Shown: positions 37,043 to 50,194, counted from the first letter of the stretch. The stretch is 64,000 nucleotides of DNA from Candidatus Omnitrophica bacterium CG11_big_fil_rev_8_21_14_0_20_41_12 (GCA_002796135.1 PCWB01000027.1:1724-65723), one strand, 5' to 3'. The notes: generated by a model from the letters alone, not told the origin. Numbers and translations are program-made.

Positions 37043-38436
37043 TCTTGGGCTACCTTTCGATCGCTAAAATTCAAAACTTTATTCTTTAATATCTGATAGT
37101 TTTCATGGCCTTTACCTGCAATAAGCAGGCAGTCTTCTTTTTTTATCAAAGCTAAACCTTTGCGTATAGCTTGAGCGCGCTCAACGATTAAACAGTAGTT
37201 ATCCTTAACAATACCCGCACAGATATCATCAATAATCTGCCCAGGATTCTCACTACGCGGATTATCGCTGGTAAGGATCGCATAATCTGCCAATTCTGTA
37301 ACTATCTTGCCCATTTCCGGACGCTTTAACTTATCCCGCTCTCCTCCGCAACCAAAAACAACCACAATCCTACCTTTAACTAACGATCTCAAAGTACTAA
37401 TCACATTAAATAAAGCATCCGGAGTATGCGCATAATCTACAAAGACAGCGTACCCTTGCTTAGAGCTAATTCTTTCCAGCCTTCCGGGGACATTTTTAAA
37501 TTTCTCAATCGCAGATTTAATATCCGTAATCTTTAATCTCTCACTTATTCCCCAGGCAATTGCTGCCAGTATATTATAAATATTATACCGGCCGGTCAAA
37601 TTTGTCTTAATCCTAAGCTTTATTTTCGGAGCAATTAAAGTAAACTCAGTTGCCTGCATCCGGAAATCAATATCAGAGGCCATAACTGTAGAACGATTTT
37701 TAATTCCATAGGTTATGATTTTAGCCGGCGTTAATCTTTTGATCCGACAGGCGTATTTATCATCGTTATTGATTATCGCAACGCTTGAAGGCACTAGAGA
37801 TCCGAAGAGCTTGGCCTTAGCAGAAAAATAATTCTCTAAATTCTTATGGTAATCAAGATGGTCCTGGGTAAGATTAGTAAAAATAGCCCGGCTAAAATTA
37901 ATTCCGGCTACCCTATCCTGATCTAAGGCATGAGATGAAACCTCCAACGCACAATACTTAACTCTTCGGGCCAGCATTTGCGCAAGTAATTTTTGCAACT
38001 CCTCGGAGCCGGGGGTAGTATTCTTAGCTACGACAGTTTTGCCCGGAAAACGGTAATTGATCGTGCCGATAACTCCGCTTGATGCGCCGGATTCATTAGC
38101 TAAGGCCTCAATCAAATAAGCAATAGTCGTTTTTCCGTTGGTGCCGGTGATCCCGGCGATTTTAAGTTTATTTGATGCGGACCCGTAAAATTTACTTACT
38201 TCTTTTGCTAAAAATTCCCGGCAATCATTTACCAGAACTAATTTAATTTCTTGAGGGATTATAATTTTCACCGGCTTTTTTTCTACCACAACGGCGCTTG
38301 CACCATTAGCAATTGCTTCATTAATAAAGACGCTGCCATCCTGCCGGTTTCCCTTAATCGCCACAAAAACAAACCCCTTCCTCACTTTTTTAGAATCAGC
38401 AGTAATACCCTTAATTTCAATACCTGCGATTTTCAT
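37021..38436 (-). CDS. murE: UDP-MurNAc-dipeptide--meso-DAP ligase
   Basis: TGTNGKTT, EVSSH, DHLDYH, DYAHTPD, DNPR (DAP-type), AGKGHE. Confidence 0.96.
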   Translation of the reverse strand: MKIAGIEIKGITADSKKVRKGFVFVAIKGNRQDGSVFINEAIANGASAVVVEKKPVKIIIPQEIKLVLVNDCREFLAKEVSKFYGSASNKLKIAGITGTNGKTTIAYLIEALANESGASSGVIGTINYRFPGKTVVAKNTTPGSEELQKLLAQMLARRVKYCALEVSSHALDQDRVAGINFSRAIFTNLTQDHLDYHKNLENYFSAKAKLFGSLVPSSVAIINNDDKYACRIKRLTPAKIITYGIKNRSTVMASDIDFRMQATEFTLIAPKIKLRIKTNLTGRYNIYNILAAIAWGISERLKITDIKSAIEKFKNVPGRLERISSKQGYAVFVDYAHTPDALFNVISTLRSLVKGRIVVVFGCGGERDKLKRPEMGKIVTELADYAILTSDNPRSENPGQIIDDICAGIVKDNYCLIVERAQAIRKGLALIKKEDCLLIAGKGHENYQILKNKVLNFSDRKVAQECLKLMK

Positions 38437-40130
38437 TGTCTCGATACCTCAACAGGCGTCTCATTTCCTTTTATATAACGTATCGCATCAGCGGCAACTC
38501 TTTGAAATACCGGAGCAGCAATTACCCCGCCAAAATGTGACCCATGTGGCTCATCAACCGTAACAACAATAGTTAAAATGGGATCTTCTACCGGAGCAAA
38601 GCCTATAAATGATGCAACAAATTTACTATCCGAATATCTTCCATTTTCCTCGATTTTTTGAGCAGTACCAGTTTTTCCTGCGGCGCTAAAACCCGGAACC
38701 TTAGCCATCTTACCGGTGCCTTCCTCGATTACTCCGGTAAGGATCTTCTTGATCCGCATAGCCGTATCTACCGAAATAACCTTACGGATCAATGTCGGTT
38801 TATTTTGTTTGATTATCTGCCCCTGGTTATCGCGTATGGAATCGATAATATAAGGCTTCATCAACTGGCCTCCATTGGCAATTGCAGAAATTGCACTCGC
38901 CAATTGCAAAACAGTCACACCAACTTCCTGCCCCATAGGTATAGCTGTAATCGAAGTTTTGGACCACTGCTTAACCGGGCTGACCATCCCGGAAATCTCA
39001 CCCGATAAATCAAATCCTAATTTTGCTCCAAAACCAAAACCTTTTACATACCGGTAAAGTGTATCCGGCCCCAAAAGCATGGCTACTTTAACTGTGCCGA
39101 TATTGCTAGACTCCTCAATTACCTGCCTGAAGGTAAGCTTACCATAGGGATGATAATCATGCAGGATACGCCCTCCTATTTTATACGCCCCGTTTTCACA
39201 AAAAATAATTGCATCCTCGGTAACCTTCTTTTCTTCCAGGGCCGCCGCAGCAGTAACAATTTTAAAAACAGATCCCGGCTCAAACAAATCGCAGATCGAA
39301 CGATTGCGCATTGAATCCTTATTGACTCTGGAATGGCTATTTAAATCATAGGTAGGACGGCTGGCCATCGCCAGAATTCTACCTGTATGCGGATCCATTA
39401 CGATAATGCTGGCGCTTTTTGCGCGAGAATTTTTAAAAGCTTTTTCCAGCTCTCTTTCGGCAATATACTGAATAACTTCATCAACAGTTAAAACCAGATC
39501 AAGCCCGTCGATAGGTAGAACCATCTTTTCCCAGATATCTAATTTCTTTAACCGGGCATCGCGCAAGAAGATCGCCCAACCGGCTGTTCCAGACAGATAT
39601 TTATTAAAATCCCTTTCTGAGCCTTCTAGTCCGATATTATCCATACCGCTAAAACCGATAACATGGCTAGCTAAATAACTATTAGGATAAATACGTTTGG
39701 TTTCTTTCATGAAACCCAACCCTTTAATGTTAAGCTTCTTAATCTCTTCAGACTTCTCCGGGGTCAACTTTCTGGCAATCCAGATAAAAGCTTTTTTACG
39801 ATAAAGCCTGTCCTCAAGATATACACGCTCTAAACCCAGAATAGGCAATAATTTATTAATAACATACTCTTTATCTTTAATGCTATTGGGAACTGCATAT
39901 AAAGAATCCAGAGACATATTAAATGCTTGAGTCTTAAGGTTGCAATCATAAATTGCTCCGCGACGCGGCTCCAGCTCTACAAGCTGATTATGCTGTTTAT
40001 TGGCTATTGAAGTAAGATAAGCTGAACGGAAAAACTGGATGAAGAAAAGCCGGCCGACACAGAGCAGAAGAAAAATAAAGAAAACTAAAAATACCGCCTT
40101 ATTCCTTCGGCGATAATTACTGATATACAC
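38433..40130 (-). CDS. ftsI: Divisome transpeptidase FtsI (PBP3)
   Basis: RGAIYD, EPGSVFK, SSNIG, KTGTAQ; position in the dcw cluster. Confidence 0.93.
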   Translation of the reverse strand: MYISNYRRRNKAVFLVFFIFLLLCVGRLFFIQFFRSAYLTSIANKQHNQLVELEPRRGAIYDCNLKTQAFNMSLDSLYAVPNSIKDKEYVINKLLPILGLERVYLEDRLYRKKAFIWIARKLTPEKSEEIKKLNIKGLGFMKETKRIYPNSYLASHVIGFSGMDNIGLEGSERDFNKYLSGTAGWAIFLRDARLKKLDIWEKMVLPIDGLDLVLTVDEVIQYIAERELEKAFKNSRAKSASIIVMDPHTGRILAMASRPTYDLNSHSRVNKDSMRNRSICDLFEPGSVFKIVTAAAALEEKKVTEDAIIFCENGAYKIGGRILHDYHPYGKLTFRQVIEESSNIGTVKVAMLLGPDTLYRYVKGFGFGAKLGFDLSGEISGMVSPVKQWSKTSITAIPMGQEVGVTVLQLASAISAIANGGQLMKPYIIDSIRDNQGQIIKQNKPTLIRKVISVDTAMRIKKILTGVIEEGTGKMAKVPGFSAAGKTGTAQKIEENGRYSDSKFVASFIGFAPVEDPILTIVVTVDEPHGSHFGGVIAAPVFQRVAADAIRYIKGNETPVEVSRQ

Positions 40131-40154
40131 TAAATTTTTTAGGAGTAATAAATA

Positions 40155-40523
40155 TTAGGGGTTAATTGTTTTTGCTTGAGCTTCGCGCTTTAAACTAAAG
40201 ATGTGCGCCAGCAAGCCTTCCCTGTTTTGATTCTCATCCGCAACCTTCAAACCATCCCTTGAAGAAACAAATTTAACAAAACGGTAATTATCCGGCATCT
40301 GGAAATCAGCGCTTTGATCGATGCGTTCGCCGATATTCACCAAAGAAGAACTTTTGTTAATATTATATCTTAAGGCGGTGTTTTTATCCAGTAATTCCGT
40401 GAATATTGCTTGTTTCTTCTGGCCTAAATAAGCCAGGCGGAAAATTTCACTCTGTTGATAGACATAGAGAACGGAAAACGAGGTGACAAATACAACTGCG
40501 GATAGGAATTTGGTAAGCTTCAT
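40155..40523 (-). CDS. ftsL: Probable FtsL-like cell division protein
   Basis: TM helix plus short leucine-zipper-like segment, between rsmH and ftsI (positional call). Confidence 0.6.
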   Translation of the reverse strand: MKLTKFLSAVVFVTSFSVLYVYQQSEIFRLAYLGQKKQAIFTELLDKNTALRYNINKSSSLVNIGERIDQSADFQMPDNYRFVKFVSSRDGLKVADENQNREGLLAHIFSLKREAQAKTINP

Positions 40524-40524
40524 C

Positions 40525-41430
40525 TTATGATATCCTTTGGGCTACCCTTAATTTACTGCTGCGGCTAGGAGGATTTCTCTCTATCTCGCTTACAGTAGGA
40601 GTCAGGGGTTTAGGTGTAATAATATCGACCATTCCTTCGGCTTTGAGCGCGCGGAATGTATGTTTAATTATCCGGTCTTCTAAAGAATGAAACGAAATAA
40701 CGCATATCCTGGCCTGTTCATTTAAAACGGCGACCGCTTTTTTGACAACACTTTCTAAAATTTCTAATTCACGGTTTACCGCAATTCTGATTGCCTGAAA
40801 AGTACGCGTGGCAGGATGGATGCGGTAGTAACTCTTACGGTACTTAAAAGGAATGGCCCGCATCACTAAAGTAGCTAATTGCGCAGTAGTGGCGATAGGC
40901 TGATTCCTGCGTTCTTCAATAATGTAACGAGCAATACGATTATGCCAGCGCTCCTGCCCGAAATTCCAGAGCATATGGCTGATCTCGTTTTCATTGAGAT
41001 TATTCACCAAGTCATACGCTGATATATAACTGCTCTTATCTAAACGCATATCTAACGGCCCCTCCTCCTGAAAACTAAAACCCCGCTGCGCATCTTTGAG
41101 CTGATGCGTGGAAATCCCCAAATCAAAAACAATTCCGTCAATCTTATCAATTCCCTGCTTTTCTAAAACTTGATCGAGATCTGAAAAATTAGCATGTACA
41201 AATTCACAAGACTCTTTAAATTCACTCAGTCTTTCCTTGCAGATTGCCAATGAATCCTCATCGCGGTCTAAGCCGATAAGCCTGCCGCCGGGGGTAATTC
41301 TTTTTAAAATCTCTAAGCTGTGTCCGCCGCAGCCAAGAGTTGCATCTACAATTGTTTGTCCCGGTTCAAGCCTTAAATAATCTATAACTTCCTGCAGCAT
41401 TACCGGCACATGCCAAACTGTTTCTAACAT
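40525..41430 (-). CDS. rsmH: 16S rRNA C1402 N4-methyltransferase
   Basis: HVPVM, DATLGCGGHS, DLGIS, LDMR, HPATRTFQAIRI, SFHSLEDR. Confidence 0.97.
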   Translation of the reverse strand: MLETVWHVPVMLQEVIDYLRLEPGQTIVDATLGCGGHSLEILKRITPGGRLIGLDRDEDSLAICKERLSEFKESCEFVHANFSDLDQVLEKQGIDKIDGIVFDLGISTHQLKDAQRGFSFQEEGPLDMRLDKSSYISAYDLVNNLNENEISHMLWNFGQERWHNRIARYIIEERRNQPIATTAQLATLVMRAIPFKYRKSYYRIHPATRTFQAIRIAVNRELEILESVVKKAVAVLNEQARICVISFHSLEDRIIKHTFRALKAEGMVDIITPKPLTPTVSEIERNPPSRSSKLRVAQRIS

Positions 41431-41868
41431 TTATACATCCATTAATTTTTCGGCAATTTCTTCAAAAGACTGACGGTTATTAGCGTAAAAATCCTGCCAT
41501 AAATTTTTAGCCCAGATCTCGATGCGGCTGGAAACCCCGACGATCATCACATCCTTTTTGATCTCGGCAAAATCTTTCAGGTATTGCGGCAGCAGGATCC
41601 TGCCCTGCTTATCAAAAGTTACATCTTGCGCCCCGCTAAAAAACATCCGGTTGAAAATACGCGGCTGCTGTTTAGTAAAAGACATGGATTTAAATTTATT
41701 TTCCTGAGAACGCCACTCCTCCTCAGAAAACATAAAAAGACATTTATCCAGGCCGCGGGTGACATAAAATTTTTCCACGAATTGGCTTTTGGCAACTTCG
41801 CGAAATTTAGCCGGCAAAATCAGCCTGCCCTTACGATCTATAGAATGTTCGAACTCACCATAAAACAT
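41431..41868 (-). CDS. mraZ: Transcriptional regulator MraZ
   Basis: MFYGEFEHSIDRKGR, DKQGRILLP, RIEIW. Confidence 0.96.
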   Translation of the reverse strand: MFYGEFEHSIDRKGRLILPAKFREVAKSQFVEKFYVTRGLDKCLFMFSEEEWRSQENKFKSMSFTKQQPRIFNRMFFSGAQDVTFDKQGRILLPQYLKDFAEIKKDVMIVGVSSRIEIWAKNLWQDFYANNRQSFEEIAEKLMDV

Positions 41869-41881
41869 TTTTTCTGTCCTA

Positions 41882-41906
41882 CCACTTTACTCCACTTTCT
41901 CCCACT
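41882..41906 (-). promoter_or_regulatory. MraZ-binding direct repeats
   Basis: Three AGTGG repeats at exact 10-nt spacing (minus strand AGTGGGAGAA-AGTGGAGTAA-AGTGG) between the promoter and the mraZ start. Confidence 0.8.
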
Positions 41907-41915
41907 AATAGCCAA

Positions 41916-41944
41916 AGTATAGACAAAATCATCCCTTTTGTCAA
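41916..41944 (-). promoter_or_regulatory. sigma70 promoter of the dcw cluster
   Basis: TTGACA (41944-41939), 17-bp spacer, TATACT (41921-41916). Confidence 0.75.
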
Positions 41945-42029
41945 GAGAAAATTTTACCTAAATACAGTAAACACAATAAATTGTGGACTAAAGGGCTGCA
42001 AACATCTAGGGATAGTGGTATTTAGCGGA

Positions 42030-42932
42030 TTAACGCAGAAGCTTGTGTGCAGTAATTACGTCTTTTTGAATCTGGTAGGATAAATCCCGGATAGAAGTGA
42101 ATTTTTTATCCGTGCGGATCCTTCTTATAAATTGGATTTCAAGTAACTTATCATAAATATTTTTACGGAAATTAAATATGTGCGCCTCTACATGAATGGA
42201 GCGATTCTTAGTATGAATCGTAGGCCGTCTACCGATATAACAAATACCATTGTAGACCTTAGCGCAAAATATAATCTGCACCGCATAGATCCCGGAAGAG
42301 GGAATAACCTCATGATGCGGATTAATGTTGGCCGTCGGGAAACCTAATAACCTGCCGAGCTTTGTACCTCTAATCACTGAGCCTAAGATACTTACCCTGC
42401 GGCCAAGCAGCTCCTCTGCTTTTTTAATCTCGGAGCTCTTAATTAATTTCCTGATCACAGTGCTGCTGATCACCAGGCCTTTTGATCTTATGATATTAAA
42501 AGCTTTAAGTTTAAAATTATATTTACCGGCGGCCTGCTTCAATAATTTATAATCTCCCCTGGCCTGATTACCAAAACGAAAATTCTTACCCACACAAATA
42601 AAGCGGGCGCCGATTTTCTTGACTAATATTTTAGTTATAAAATCAACCGGGGAAATCTTAGCAAAACTACGGCTGAATTTAGCCACCACACATACATCAA
42701 CCCCCAATTCGGCAATCAACCTCAAGCGGTGCTCCAGAGAATAAAGGCTTTCTTTATTCTGAGGGTGCGGAAAAAAAGTTAAAGCAATACTGGTGCCCTT
42801 GATCCTACGGGCGATTTTTACGGTATCCTGTAAAATATTACGGTGCCCGCGATGCATTCCGTCAAAAACCCCCAGAGCAACCACCGCCCCTTTATACTTT
42901 TTAATTTTATTTATTCCGCGGATTATGATCAT
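42030..42932 (-). CDS. ribF: Bifunctional riboflavin kinase/FAD synthetase
   Basis: GVFDGMHRGH, NFRFG, ISSTVIR, GFPTAN, EAHIF. Confidence 0.95.
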   Translation of the reverse strand: MIIIRGINKIKKYKGAVVALGVFDGMHRGHRNILQDTVKIARRIKGTSIALTFFPHPQNKESLYSLEHRLRLIAELGVDVCVVAKFSRSFAKISPVDFITKILVKKIGARFICVGKNFRFGNQARGDYKLLKQAAGKYNFKLKAFNIIRSKGLVISSTVIRKLIKSSEIKKAEELLGRRVSILGSVIRGTKLGRLLGFPTANINPHHEVIPSSGIYAVQIIFCAKVYNGICYIGRRPTIHTKNRSIHVEAHIFNFRKNIYDKLLEIQFIRRIRTDKKFTSIRDLSYQIQKDVITAHKLLR

Positions 42933-42938
42933 TTTTAA

Positions 42939-43910
42939 TTAAGTTAGGGACTCTTGAATTTTTGCAATAACTTTTTTCACGATTGTTTCAATTTTACCGT
43001 TTAAGGTACAACCGGCGGCCGGCTTATGCCCGCCGCCACCGAAAAAAGAAGCAACCTTATTCACATCGACATTGCCCTGACTTCTTAAATTAACGCGCAC
43101 TTCGCAATTATTCCCTAAATTCTCCTTAAACAGCACAACCACCTCTACTCCTTTAATTGAACGACCAAAATTTAAAAGCAAATCCGCTAAATCAATAAAT
43201 GACTTTTTACTCTTAACCAAATCTTTTTTAATTTGGAATCCTACGACTTTACCCTGACAAAAAAATTCGACCTTAGACATTAGCTTAAGCAGTAACCTGG
43301 CATCAGATACAGGTATATTCTCGTAGGTATTGCGGTAAACCTGTGTAACGTTGATCCCGAATTTCAAAAGTTCAGCAACAACCTTAAAAGTAAAACTGGA
43401 AGTGTTGGAATAATGAAAGCTCCCGGTATCAGTCATGATCCCCGTATATAAAGCTAAAGCGCTATCATAATCCAGAGGCAGGTGTAATTTTTTAAAAAGC
43501 CTGTAGACCATCTCCGAACATGAAGAAGCATACGGCTGGACCCAGTTGACATCGCCGAAATTACGGTTACTAATATGATGGTCGATATTAATTACCGGCA
43601 ACTTATCCTTATTCAATTTATAGACATCCCCGGTGCGTTTTAAATCCGCACAGTCTAGCACCGCCAAACAATCAAAATCAATATTTTTAGAGCTTTTATT
43701 TAATAGCCGGATAGATTTACACCCCGGGAGAAAATCATAACCGTAGGGCACTTTATCCTCATTGACCATGGTTGCCTGTTTGCCCATTTTCTTGATCAAG
43801 CTACGGAAAGCCAGTTGGGACCCTAAAGCATCCCCCTCAGGACTGGTATGTACGGTAATCAAAAAATTATTATATTTTTTTAAGCTTGCGCAAATCTCAT
43901 TTATCCCCAT
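42939..43910 (-). CDS. nrnA: DHH/DHHA1 phosphoesterase (NrnA-like nanoRNase)
   Basis: H..PEGDALGS, IDHH, TDTGSF, GGGH. Start placed at ATG 43910 (GGAG RBS). Confidence 0.88.
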   Translation of the reverse strand: MGINEICASLKKYNNFLITVHTSPEGDALGSQLAFRSLIKKMGKQATMVNEDKVPYGYDFLPGCKSIRLLNKSSKNIDFDCLAVLDCADLKRTGDVYKLNKDKLPVINIDHHISNRNFGDVNWVQPYASSCSEMVYRLFKKLHLPLDYDSALALYTGIMTDTGSFHYSNTSSFTFKVVAELLKFGINVTQVYRNTYENIPVSDARLLLKLMSKVEFFCQGKVVGFQIKKDLVKSKKSFIDLADLLLNFGRSIKGVEVVVLFKENLGNNCEVRVNLRSQGNVDVNKVASFFGGGGHKPAAGCTLNGKIETIVKKVIAKIQESLT

Positions 43911-44247
43911 GCTGCTCCTTGATCTCATTAATTATTTCTTCAATATGTACGCTATATTCGGTTGAGCGATCCTCATGGAACATAAGCTCGGTCGCAAAGC
44001 GCATGTTGAGCCTCTGAGCCACCAGGCTGCGGACATAGCCTAAAGCCGAATCTAAAACCAGTTTTGTTTTTTTATGCGATTCCTCTTTGCCCAAAACGCT
44101 ATAATAAATCTTGGCGTTTCTTAGGTCCGGGGATAACTCTACCCGGGTAATCGTCACAAAACCAATTCGAGGATCTTTAAGTTCATCATGGATAATCAGA
44201 CTCACTTCTTTTTTTATCGCTTCGGCAACCCTCTCACGTCTAGGCAT
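43897..44247 (-). CDS. rbfA: Ribosome-binding factor A
   Basis: RRERVAEAIKKE, KDPRIGFVTITRVELSPDLRNAK. Confidence 0.95.
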   Translation of the reverse strand: MPRRERVAEAIKKEVSLIIHDELKDPRIGFVTITRVELSPDLRNAKIYYSVLGKEESHKKTKLVLDSALGYVRSLVAQRLNMRFATELMFHEDRSTEYSVHIEEIINEIKEQHGDK

Positions 44248-44269
44248 ATTCTAAACTCCGTTTCATTTT

Positions 44270-45541
44270 TTAACTCTTGATTAATTTTTTAATTAAGGCC
44301 AGCTCTTGGCTGCGGGTCTTCACTTCTGCGTTAAGCTTAGCCACTAAAACTTGGGCAAATATCTTCTCATACCTTGGTCCGGGCAAAATACCCAAACCAT
44401 GTAAATCATGGCCTGAAACAAAAAGACGCATCCCATTATAAATCTCAAGAAAATCCTTAATATATTTCTTAAGACACTTAACTTGGGAGCTGGCCCTCAG
44501 AAGAATAATCTCTTCATAGCTTAGGAGCTCAAGCAAGGTGAAAATATGGGCGGGCCTGACTCCACGCTTACTTAAAGACAGGGTGATCTTATGGCTATTT
44601 TGATGATCGTTAATAATGCGCTTCTCTTCCCCTTTGCGTAAGCCTAACTTTAGAATAATTATCTTTACTTGAGCCAGATTAAGAGATTTTAAAAGTGCCA
44701 TAAAATAAATCAACCAGCTATCGAGTTTCCGGCGGGAAGAAAAATTCTTAACAAACCAGCGGATCTCCTTGTCAATTAATTTAAACAAATCATGTGTTGA
44801 TTTAGTAAACCTTAATTTATCGCTCAGAAAAGACAGCCCTCCTAAATCGTTTAGTCTTTTCATCTGCTTAGAAGGATCTATCTCCTTCAGCATTAATATC
44901 AGCTCATCGCGCATTCTATGTGAATGAACTTTCTTCAATAAACCTTCCTCAATCGCCTGCTTGAGCAGCTTAAGAGTCTTAGGTTCGATCTTAAAATTAA
45001 AACGCTGCTGAAAGCGTATCGCTCTGAGTATGCGCGTAGGATCATCCCTGAAGCTTAGATCATGTAAGATGCGTATTCTGCCGGAGGCTAAATCATTTTG
45101 TCCGCCAAAAGGATCAATCAGCTTATGCTCATCTGCACCAACCAGGCTGGCCGCCATAGCATTGATCGTAAAATCACGCCGCCTAAGGTCCTCTTTTAAA
45201 GAGCCTGAACTTACTACCGGAAGACTGGCGCAAGACGGATACTTTTCAAGGCGCGCGGTAGCAACATCCACCTTTAAACAATTGCCTAAAGTTAAAGTTG
45301 CCGTCCCGAATCGCTCATGAATCCTTAAATCCGACTTTAATCTCTTAGCCAATGCCTGGGCAAAAACAATACCGCTACCTTCGACCGTAATATCAATATC
45401 AAAGTTCTGCACTCCTAAAATTAAATCCCGCAGAAACCCGCCAACCAAGTAAGCCGGCATCCCGATATCTTGGGAAACCTGTGCGGCGAGATTAATGATC
45501 TCCTTTAACTCTGCGGGTAATTTTTGAAGATATCTTTTCAT
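44270..45541 (-). CDS. cca: Class II tRNA nucleotidyltransferase (CCA- or A-adding)
   Basis: VGGFLRD, DIDI, FGT, EDLRRRDFTINAMA, DDPTRILRAIRF. Confidence 0.85.
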   Translation of the reverse strand: MKRYLQKLPAELKEIINLAAQVSQDIGMPAYLVGGFLRDLILGVQNFDIDITVEGSGIVFAQALAKRLKSDLRIHERFGTATLTLGNCLKVDVATARLEKYPSCASLPVVSSGSLKEDLRRRDFTINAMAASLVGADEHKLIDPFGGQNDLASGRIRILHDLSFRDDPTRILRAIRFQQRFNFKIEPKTLKLLKQAIEEGLLKKVHSHRMRDELILMLKEIDPSKQMKRLNDLGGLSFLSDKLRFTKSTHDLFKLIDKEIRWFVKNFSSRRKLDSWLIYFMALLKSLNLAQVKIIILKLGLRKGEEKRIINDHQNSHKITLSLSKRGVRPAHIFTLLELLSYEEIILLRASSQVKCLKKYIKDFLEIYNGMRLFVSGHDLHGLGILPGPRYEKIFAQVLVAKLNAEVKTRSQELALIKKLIKS

Positions 45542-45544
45542 TTT

Positions 45545-46432
45545 CTATGGGCGCGGATGAAACATTTTATGGATTGATTTAAGCCGCTCTTTATCAATAT
45601 GTGTGTAAATTTGAGTTGTGGAAATATTTGAATGCCCGAGCATCTCCTGTACTGAGCGCAGATCCGCCCCTCTTTCCAATAAATGCGTGGCAAATGAATG
45701 CCTTAAAGTATGCACCTTGATCGATTTTTTAATTTTTGCTTCTTTAGCGTAGCGTTTGATCAGCTTCCAAACCGACTGCCGGGATAATTTTGCCCCAGAA
45801 CGACTGATAAAAAGCTGCTCTGAACTCTTGTTTTTTAAAAAATGCGGCCGGCTAAATTCCAGGTATCTCTTAATGCTATGAATTGCTTTTTTACCTAACG
45901 GAATAATCCGCTCCTTATTGCCTTTGCCGATACAACGCAAGAAACCGATATCTAAATTTACGTTATTGGTTTTAAGATCGCAGGATTCAGAAACCCGCAT
46001 TCCTGTAGCATAGAGCGTCTCTAAAATTGCTTTATCCCTTGCCCCCTGGTGATTCCGTACTTCAGGCTGGCTGATCAAAGCCTCGACTTCATTTAAAGAA
46101 AGCGTGTCCGGAACCTTCTTCCATAATTTCGGCGAATCAATTAATATGCTCGGGTCAGTCTTTAATATTCTTTCTCTGCTTAAAAAACGATGGAACATGC
46201 GTATTGCCGCCAGCCTGCGGGATATGCTCGTTGGAGATACTCCACTATCTTTCTGAGAAAACATAAACTCAACAATATCATTTTTATCGATTTTGGAAAG
46301 TGCCTGTATCTGGCGCTTAATCATAAAATCCAGATAGATATTTAAATCCTGCCGGTAAGCCAGAATGGTATTCTTGGCCAATGCCCGTTCCACTGAAAGA
46401 TAATCTAGAAATGAATTAATAAGTTCCTTCAT
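45545..46432 (-). CDS. xerD: Site-specific tyrosine recombinase XerD
   Basis: LYATGMRVSE, GKGNKER, HTLRHSFATHLL, LGH...TTQIYTH, HPR C-terminus. Confidence 0.92.
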   Translation of the reverse strand: MKELINSFLDYLSVERALAKNTILAYRQDLNIYLDFMIKRQIQALSKIDKNDIVEFMFSQKDSGVSPTSISRRLAAIRMFHRFLSRERILKTDPSILIDSPKLWKKVPDTLSLNEVEALISQPEVRNHQGARDKAILETLYATGMRVSESCDLKTNNVNLDIGFLRCIGKGNKERIIPLGKKAIHSIKRYLEFSRPHFLKNKSSEQLFISRSGAKLSRQSVWKLIKRYAKEAKIKKSIKVHTLRHSFATHLLERGADLRSVQEMLGHSNISTTQIYTHIDKERLKSIHKMFHPRP

Positions 46433-47051
46433 CAGTCTCCGAATAGATTGTGATCTTTCTCCTCACCTATCGTAGTTGTCGGGCCGTGTCCGGGATAAAC
46501 TATTGTATCCGCAGGTAAAGTAAATAATTTTTGTTTAATTGCTTGTTCTAACTGGGTGCGGCTTCCGCCATCAAGATCATAACGGCCGATACCGCGGTTA
46601 AACAAGGTGTCTCCGGTAAAGATAATATCCGTCTGCGGCTTTTTCATTAAAAGGCCGATCCCCCCGCGGGTGTGGCCGGGTAAATGTAAAACTTCCAATT
46701 CGAAACAATCTAATTTAATAATTTCTTGATCTGCTAAAGTTTTAATTTCAGATTTAACCGCATATGGGGCCGGCGCATAATTGGCAGATAGATTTTTCCC
46801 TGCATTCTGCAGCATCGGTAAATCAAGTTTATGCACATAAACCGTCACCCCGAATTCATCGTCACTGCCGATATGATCATAATGGCCATGCGTATTAATT
46901 ACCATTACGGGTTTTAATTTATACTTTTTTAAAACCAGATTAATCTTATGATACTGGTCTCCGGGATCGATGATCATTGCTTTGCCGCCCTCGGCACAGG
47001 CCAGCACATAACAGTTAACCTGCATTGGGCCGACTTCAATAGTTTCAAAAA

Positions 47052-47055
<4 letters not shown>
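46432..47055 (-). CDS. MBL-fold metallo-hydrolase (glyoxalase II-like)
   Basis: NCY, IDPG, THGHYDH (HxHxDH), PGHT, GDTLF, PGHG. Confidence 0.88.
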
Positions 47056-49827
<2,772 letters not shown>

Positions 49828-49830
49828 AAC

Positions 49831-50172
49831 TCATCTTAAAGATTTAACATATCTTGTAATCCTTCTGCCTAAAACTATTGCCACAAATAAAATAAATAAA
49901 TAACCCAAAATATGCGAAAATTTTGTTAAGATGATTACCAACAAAAGAAAAGTTAAAAAACCCAGCGCAAACAATAATCCCCTCTTCCAGCCTCCTCCGG
50001 TACAATAACCTCCAAAGAACATCATCAAACTAAGCGATAAAGGATAAGCAAGAACTGCCGGCTCATGAATAGAATCTCTAAAAGCACCCAATGTAAAAAA
50101 TACAGCCATACTGACAAACGCTCCAATGATACCGATAATGTAATTTTTATTACTTTTTACGGATCCAGGCAT
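49831..50172 (-). CDS. Hypothetical small integral membrane protein (about 4 TM)
   Basis: 113-aa hydrophobic ORF, AGGAGG RBS, directly downstream of the tRNA. Confidence 0.65.
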   Translation of the reverse strand: MPGSVKSNKNYIIGIIGAFVSMAVFFTLGAFRDSIHEPAVLAYPLSLSLMMFFGGYCTGGGWKRGLLFALGFLTFLLLVIILTKFSHILGYLFILFVAIVLGRRITRYVKSLR

Positions 50173-50194
50173 ACACGCCTCCTAATGGATTTAA

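Noticed and set aside
45545-46432. Tyrosine recombinase as a possible prophage or island integrase
   Set aside because: It has typical XerD length and motifs, is embedded among housekeeping genes, and has no phage or cargo genes or att repeats nearby.
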